From an uncultured Fibrobacterales bacterium (GTDB lineage Bacteria > Fibrobacterota > Fibrobacteria > Fibrobacterales > CAWVXU01): a stretch of 13,295 nucleotides of DNA. The notes under the pieces were generated by a model. It was not told the origin of the DNA, made no database searches, and saw only the letters and a program-made list of their open reading frames with translations. A program made the translations under genes and the position numbers. Positions 8,366-13,295 of this stretch are shown piece after piece (position 1 is the stretch's first letter; each line of letters starts with the position of its first letter). The stretch is from positions 1 through 13,295 of the forward strand of contig CAWVXU010000073.1 of the NCBI GenBank assembly GCA_963934255.1, in the 5' to 3' direction.

Positions 8366-10264
8366 TTAATCTTTGATTGTTTTGACCAATTCAAATAGTT
8401 GATCGACGATTGAGTCAAGAGACGTAGTGGCTGATTCAACTACAAGGTCAGCATTTTGAGGCTCTTCATAAGGAGAAGAGATACCAGTGAAATCAAGGAT
8501 CTCACCAGAAAGTGCTTTCTCGTATAATCCTTTAGGATCACGATCTTTACATGTATCGATTGAACACTTCACATAAACTTCTTTGAATTTGCCTTCTGGT
8601 AAAATACTACGAGCGAAGTCGCGGTCTTTAGCATAAGGTGAGATAAATGGACAGATGACCACTTTACCTGCGTCAAAGAAAAGCTTAGCAACTTCACCTA
8701 CACGGCGGATGTTTTCACGACGGTCTTCTTCAGAGAACCCAAGATCTCCACAAAGTCCGTGACGAACATTATCACCATCTAGCAAGTATGTTCTATAACC
8801 GAAGTCAAATAGTTTCTTTTCAAGTGCACTTGCAATTGTTGATTTGCCAGAAGCTGAAAGCCCTGTTAACCAAAGAACTGCGCCAGGATGTTCGTTGCGA
8901 GCTTCACGCTCAACACGAGTCACATTACCTTGGAACCAAGTGACATTTTCAGAAGAACGAGCTTCGATTTTGTCTTTTGGTACATCACTTAAAGTCTCGC
9001 CATCAATCATACCAGCACCTACAGTGATGTTGGTATCAGGATCAATGATGATAAAGTTACCCGTCTTGCGGTTGATCTTGTACGAATCAAAAGCGATTTT
9101 CTCTGAAGTGCGAAGTGAGATCTTACCGATGTCATTGAGAGCAAGTTCGTTTGTGTCTACACGGTGAAGCGTCTCCATGTCGATTTTGTATTGAAGCTTG
9201 GCAATACGTGCGCGAAGTTCACGAGGACCTTGTCTGATAATATAAGTCTTAGAAGGATTAAGAGGATCTTCACTCATCCAAGAGACGTGAGCATCAACAG
9301 CACTTGCAAGTTGTGGTTGGTTACCAGAACGCACAATCATGTCACCACGAGAGATATCAATCTCATCATTGAGTGTCACAGTCACTGACTGAGAAGCAAA
9401 GGCTTCGTCAAGAGATCCGTTGAGAGTCACGATGTCCTTGACAGTAGAAGTTTTGCCAGACGGTAGAACTGTGATCGCATCGCCTTTGCGAAGAACACCC
9501 GATGCAACACGGCCAGCGTATCCACGGAAGTTCAAGTCAGGACGGATGACGTACTGAACAGGCAGACGGAAATCTATAAGATTTTTGTCAGAAGCGATAT
9601 GAACATTTTCAAGATGGCCCAAAACTGTCGGACCAGAATGCCAAGGCATTTCTTTAGATGCATCTACTACGTTTGCACCGGTAAGGGCAGAGATAGGAGT
9701 GAAATGAATATCCGGGATGTTTAATTTCTCAGAGAACACTTTGAAGTCTTTGACGATCTCGTTAAAGCGATCTTCTGAGTAATCTACTAAGTCCATCTTG
9801 TTGACACACACCATAAGATGTGGGATACCTAGAAGTGATGCGATAAATGCATGACGCTTGGATTGCTCCATTACGCCGTGACCTTCACGAGCATCAATCA
9901 GGATGATAGCAAGGTCAGCAGTAGATGCACCTGTTACCATGTTACGAGTATACTGGATATGTCCCGGGGTATCCGCAATAATAAATTTGCGTTTAGGAGT
10001 TGCAAAATAACGATATGCTACGTCAATTGTAATCCCTTGTTCACGCTCTGAACGAAGTCCATCAGTTAAGTGAGCAAGATCTACTTGACCATCACCACGA
10101 AGTTTAGACTGAGCTTTCAGAGTCTCCATCTGATCTTCGAAGATCGACTTTGAATCATATAATAATCGGCCAATAAGAGTTGATTTGCCATCATCTACTG
10201 ATCCACAAGTTGTGAATCTGAGTAGCTGCATATTCAAGTAGCCTTCTTGTGAAAAATCTTCCAT
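8366..10264 (-). CDS. cysNC: Bifunctional sulfate adenylyltransferase subunit 1 / adenylyl-sulfate kinase
   Basis: GTPase motifs CGSVDDGKSTLIGRLL, EREQGITIDVAYRYF, DTPGH and NKMD. C-terminal APS kinase motifs WLTGLSASGKST, LDGDNVRHGL and RDPKGLY. Confidence 0.97.
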   Translation of the reverse strand: MEDFSQEGYLNMQLLRFTTCGSVDDGKSTLIGRLLYDSKSIFEDQMETLKAQSKLRGDGQVDLAHLTDGLRSEREQGITIDVAYRYFATPKRKFIIADTPGHIQYTRNMVTGASTADLAIILIDAREGHGVMEQSKRHAFIASLLGIPHLMVCVNKMDLVDYSEDRFNEIVKDFKVFSEKLNIPDIHFTPISALTGANVVDASKEMPWHSGPTVLGHLENVHIASDKNLIDFRLPVQYVIRPDLNFRGYAGRVASGVLRKGDAITVLPSGKTSTVKDIVTLNGSLDEAFASQSVTVTLNDEIDISRGDMIVRSGNQPQLASAVDAHVSWMSEDPLNPSKTYIIRQGPRELRARIAKLQYKIDMETLHRVDTNELALNDIGKISLRTSEKIAFDSYKINRKTGNFIIIDPDTNITVGAGMIDGETLSDVPKDKIEARSSENVTWFQGNVTRVEREARNEHPGAVLWLTGLSASGKSTIASALEKKLFDFGYRTYLLDGDNVRHGLCGDLGFSEEDRRENIRRVGEVAKLFFDAGKVVICPFISPYAKDRDFARSILPEGKFKEVYVKCSIDTCKDRDPKGLYEKALSGEILDFTGISSPYEEPQNADLVVESATTSLDSIVDQLFELVKTIKD

Positions 10265-11169
10265 TAGAAATATCCTTGTTTTTTACGGTCTTCCATAGCT
10301 GCTTCAGAACGTCTATCGTCTGATCTTCCACCACGCTCTGTTACGCGAGTTGAAGCTACTTCTTGAATAATATCATCGAGCGTACTTGCAGGTGATTCAA
10401 CAGAACCAGTACAAGTCATGTCGCCGACTGTGCGGAATCGAATAGTGCGAACCCCTGCAACTTCACTACCGACAGCTTTGTTGTATTTACCCGTTGCAAG
10501 TAGTGAACCATCACGATCAACAATCTCACGGTTATGCGAGAAATAAATTGAAGGAAGGTCAAGCTCTTCGGCTTTAATGTATTGCCATACATCCATCTCA
10601 GTCCAGTTAGAGATTGGGAAACAACGGAAATGCTCACCTAAGTGCTTTTTGCCATTGTATATGTCCCAAAGTTCTGGACGTTGATTTTTAGGATCCCATT
10701 GACCGAACTCATTACGGAATGAAAAGAAGCGCTCTTTAGAACGTGCTTTCTCTTCGTCGCGACGAGCACCACCCATAGCAGCATCGAATTTGAATTCGTT
10801 GACAGCATCAAGTAGAGTCACAGTTTGTGAAGCGTTACGAGAAGGATTTTCGCCCTTTTCTTCAGCGACGCGGCCTGCTTTGATAGAGTCTTCAACTGTG
10901 CGAACAATCAGCTCAGCGCCAATCTCTTTACAGAATCTGTCACGGAACTCGATCGTCTCATCGAAGTTATGACCCGTGTCAACATGCATTAAAGGAAAAG
11001 GAATTTTACCAGGGAAAAACGCTTTGCGGGCAAGGTGTGCCACAACGATAGAGTCTTTACCACCAGAGAACAAAAGTACCGGTCTCTCAAACTGAGCAGC
11101 GAGTTCACGGATAACCGCAATCGACTCTGCTTCGAGTTCTTGAAGGTGTGTAAGGGAATGTCCAGACAT
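10264..11169 (-). CDS. cysD: Sulfate adenylyltransferase subunit 2
   Basis: PP-loop LFSGGKDS, plus GGARRDEEKAR, WDPKNQRPELW and MEDRKKQGYF. TAATG stop/start overlap with cysNC. Confidence 0.97.
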   Translation of the reverse strand: MSGHSLTHLQELEAESIAVIRELAAQFERPVLLFSGGKDSIVVAHLARKAFFPGKIPFPLMHVDTGHNFDETIEFRDRFCKEIGAELIVRTVEDSIKAGRVAEEKGENPSRNASQTVTLLDAVNEFKFDAAMGGARRDEEKARSKERFFSFRNEFGQWDPKNQRPELWDIYNGKKHLGEHFRCFPISNWTEMDVWQYIKAEELDLPSIYFSHNREIVDRDGSLLATGKYNKAVGSEVAGVRTIRFRTVGDMTCTGSVESPASTLDDIIQEVASTRVTERGGRSDDRRSEAAMEDRKKQGYF

Positions 11170-11423
11170 ATATAATCCAAATTAAAGCTAATTTTGGGTT
11201 AAATTAACAAAATGTCAGGGAATTGTCTTGAACTCAGCTCTCTCTTAAAGGAAATACTAAGGAAATACAGACAAAAAGCCTCTTTTGCCTCCAAATTTCA
11301 TGTAAATGAAGTGAAAAACTCCCCTAAAGCATCGAAAACCCTCCAAATCATCAAGAATAGCAGTTCTGGCAAAAGTGTAAAAACAGGCCCATTCACTTAT
11401 TGATGAGAGCAAAGTATTGAGTA

Positions 11424-12704
11424 TTAGAGCAAATCTAAGGGGCTTTTAGTGGGTGACTTCTGAGTAGAGACATGCAGATAAATCATCGTTGTTTTTATAT
11501 CACTATGCCCAAGTACTTCTTTTAACTCAGCAATACTCGCTCCGGCTTCAAGAGAATGCGTTGCGAAAGAATGTCTAAAGATATGAGGGTGAATATTCTT
11601 CCTTATGTAAAGGTTTTGAGAAATTCGTTTAAGGTTTTTCCTGACGGTATCCGTATGATAATGAAATCTAACCATCTTATGAGTCACTGGATGTTTCATT
11701 AATCTTGGATTCACAAATACATATTGCCATTCTAGACAAAACGCTAATCTCTCACTTTTCCTTTTTAAAGCAATGGGCAGATCCACTTCTTGCTGATTTG
11801 TTTGACAGTCTAAGCGATAAAGATTCTCAATGGCTTTTTTGTGTTTATCTAGCGTGTGGTGAAGTTTTTTGGGAAGATGTACACTTCTGTTTTTGCCGCC
11901 TTTAGAGTTGAGAATAATCACACGATTCACATCGAGTCGGATATCCTTATATCTAAGATTTAAAACTTCCTTCAATCTCAAACCACAACCATACATCAGT
12001 GAGAAAAATAACTTCCAAATACCATCACAACGATCAAGAATCAATTTGACCTCCTGAGTAGTCAGTACTTCAGGGAGATGTTGAGATTTACTGCTTTTGA
12101 TAAACTTGTCAAACTTGACGTCAACTTCAAGGACATTTTTGAAGTAAAAACTTAAAGCACTCAAAGCTTGTTTTTGGGTTGATATTGAAACTTGGTAATG
12201 AATACTCAGGTCGGAAAGAAATGGCTTAATTTGGTTTTGTAATTCTTGAGTATTAGGGGGTGAGAAGCAATCAGAAATATTTATAAAGTTTAAAAACCGT
12301 TTGATCCATTTTAGGTAATTGATGATGGTGTTTTTCCGCAATCGTCGCGACTCTAATTCTACTTCCATTTTGTGTAAATGAGAAGCGATTGAATCTAGTT
12401 GAAGTCCGTCGTTTTCTTGAGGTTGAATTTGTGACTTAGCCTTAGCCCTAGCATGAACCTTAGCTTGGACCTGTGGTTGAATAAAAGATTCCTTCCAAAT
12501 CTGAATACTTCTAGATGCCAAACTTTGTTGATGATAAGACCTTCGCGAGCTAGCCAAAAAAATCAAATACTCAGCCTCAGCCTGAGGATAATAGTGACCC
12601 TCAATAAAATTGAAAAATCCCCGAGCATACTTTACATAATCAGCAAATTCTACTTGAGCCACTCGGTACTCTGTTAACTTGTTCTCAAACTCTCTCCAAC
12701 TCAT
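11424..12704 (-). CDS. intI: Integron integrase (tyrosine recombinase) with a ~100-aa N-terminal extension
   Basis: Catalytic residues are intact (YGCGLR, SKGGK, HIFRHSFATH, LGH, TTMIY). SAM-like domain motif VSISTQKQALSAL. Integron-specific insertion VDLPIALKRK...WQYVF...HPVTHKMVRFH. GAGG SD upstream. Confidence 0.92.
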   Translation of the reverse strand: MSWREFENKLTEYRVAQVEFADYVKYARGFFNFIEGHYYPQAEAEYLIFLASSRRSYHQQSLASRSIQIWKESFIQPQVQAKVHARAKAKSQIQPQENDGLQLDSIASHLHKMEVELESRRLRKNTIINYLKWIKRFLNFINISDCFSPPNTQELQNQIKPFLSDLSIHYQVSISTQKQALSALSFYFKNVLEVDVKFDKFIKSSKSQHLPEVLTTQEVKLILDRCDGIWKLFFSLMYGCGLRLKEVLNLRYKDIRLDVNRVIILNSKGGKNRSVHLPKKLHHTLDKHKKAIENLYRLDCQTNQQEVDLPIALKRKSERLAFCLEWQYVFVNPRLMKHPVTHKMVRFHYHTDTVRKNLKRISQNLYIRKNIHPHIFRHSFATHSLEAGASIAELKEVLGHSDIKTTMIYLHVSTQKSPTKSPLDLL

Positions 12705-13085
12705 TACAACCTCTGATTAAAAAAGATCTTCACGTTATGTATACCCTTGATCCAAGTTAGACGGTTGATGGGTGTGTTTGTTAATCTTAGTAGTATAAAT
12801 AAATTGCGAGTGATATTGACTGGGCGTCCATTGTTTGTAGATAAATAAATTTTTGTAAAATTTGAGCTAATCGTCCTTCAAAATAGCCCCATAATTTAGC
12901 TGTAAAAAAATTCACTCGACTGGGTTAATCTTTGAAAAATCAATTTCCACACAAGACCATTATTTCGGAAACCTAAGTGGTGTGAAATATTTCAAAAAGC
13001 TTATGATTCGTGAATTTGGAATTTTAGCATAGTCGAATCATTTTAATCAAAAAAAACATACAAAAATGCCTCAAATTCCTCACTT

Positions 13086-13196
13086 ATTTACCATGGTAAA
13101 TTCACCTGAGTTACCCAATGGGTCCGGGGTAACCGCTTATCTCATTTACCCTTTCTGATAAGATTGGGCTGTGACGGGGATTTGACGGGGGTAAAT
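13086..13196. repeat. Cluster of TTACC/GGTAA inverted repeats plus a TGACGGGG direct repeat
   Basis: Perfect 16-bp palindrome ATTTACCATGGTAAAT (13086-13101); GTTACCC-N10-GGGTAAC (13110-13133); ATTTACCC(13144-13151)...GGGTAAAT(13189-13196); TGACGGGG at 13172 and 13183. Confidence 0.7.
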
Positions 13197-13229
13197 AAAG
13201 CTTAAAACTGACTCCCTGAACTTACACCC

Positions 13230-13255
13230 CGCTAGGTATATTTCTATAGTTATGA
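13230..13255 (+). mobile_element. Candidate integron attI site (crossover G/TT at 13249/13250)
   Basis: GTTATGA follows the AT-rich TATATTTCTATA, upstream of and divergent from intI, and the sequence becomes more GC-rich immediately after it. The match to GTTRRRY is imperfect and no attC is visible in the window. Confidence 0.45.
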
Positions 13256-13295
13256 CGACTGCGCGTCGAGCGGTTGTAATAGCGGGTATCATTAT
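13252..13295 (+). CDS. Possible N-terminus of the first gene cassette ORF (partial)
   Basis: ATG directly after GTT gives MTTARRAVVIAGII..., a basic-then-hydrophobic, signal-peptide-like start. It is open to the window edge but only 14 codons are visible. Confidence 0.3.
   Translation, partial: MTTARRAVVIAGII

Noticed and set aside
2610..12677. Short alternative-frame and antisense ORFs in the track (e.g. 2610-2837, 5307-5654, 8844-9167, 11212-11403, 12453-12677)
   Set aside because: Nearly all are shadows of well-supported genes, with no recognisable motifs or ribosome-binding sites. 11212-11403 is intergenic but antisense to the cysD promoter region and has no support.
12756..12762. Perfect GTTRRRY (GTTAGAC) about 50 nt upstream of intI as an alternative attI
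   Set aside because: No ORF follows, no matching plus-strand GTCTAAC inverse core or attC lies downstream, and it would crowd the intI promoter. Less likely than 13249 but not excluded.
13127..13255. GGGTAAC...GTTATGA as an attC site
   Set aside because: The inverse core does not fit RYYYAAC, and I could not find complementary L boxes or a long imperfect hairpin.
12705..13295. CRISPR array, tRNA or proteobacterial LexA box (CTGT-N8-ACAG) in the non-coding region
   Set aside because: No regularly spaced repeats, cloverleaf or matching box were seen.

Overview
AT-rich bacterial chromosomal window. An FCB-group host such as Fibrobacterota is inferred from the lipoprotein signals, D-S/T-x motifs and TAnnTTT(G/A)-like boxes. 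Left to right: a TonB-dependent receptor that runs off the left edge (absent from the ORF track) overlapping an upstream lipoprotein or beta-barrel gene; a divergent acidic lipoprotein; an exported amidohydrolase behind a sigma54 promoter motif; a stand-alone WcaJ-like priming sugar transferase; homoserine dehydrogenase (hom); cysD-cysNC; and an intact integron integrase with a long N-terminal extension. The divergent non-coding region upstream of intI carries clustered palindromes and a candidate attI with a first-cassette start at the right edge. The most unusual element is a ~130-nt structured segment upstream of hom, where a long-range helix competes with an intrinsic terminator. It is a candidate unannotated riboswitch, attenuator or sRNA and overlaps a possible T9SS-CTD-like gene remnant. 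All analysis was done by eye, with no database searches.
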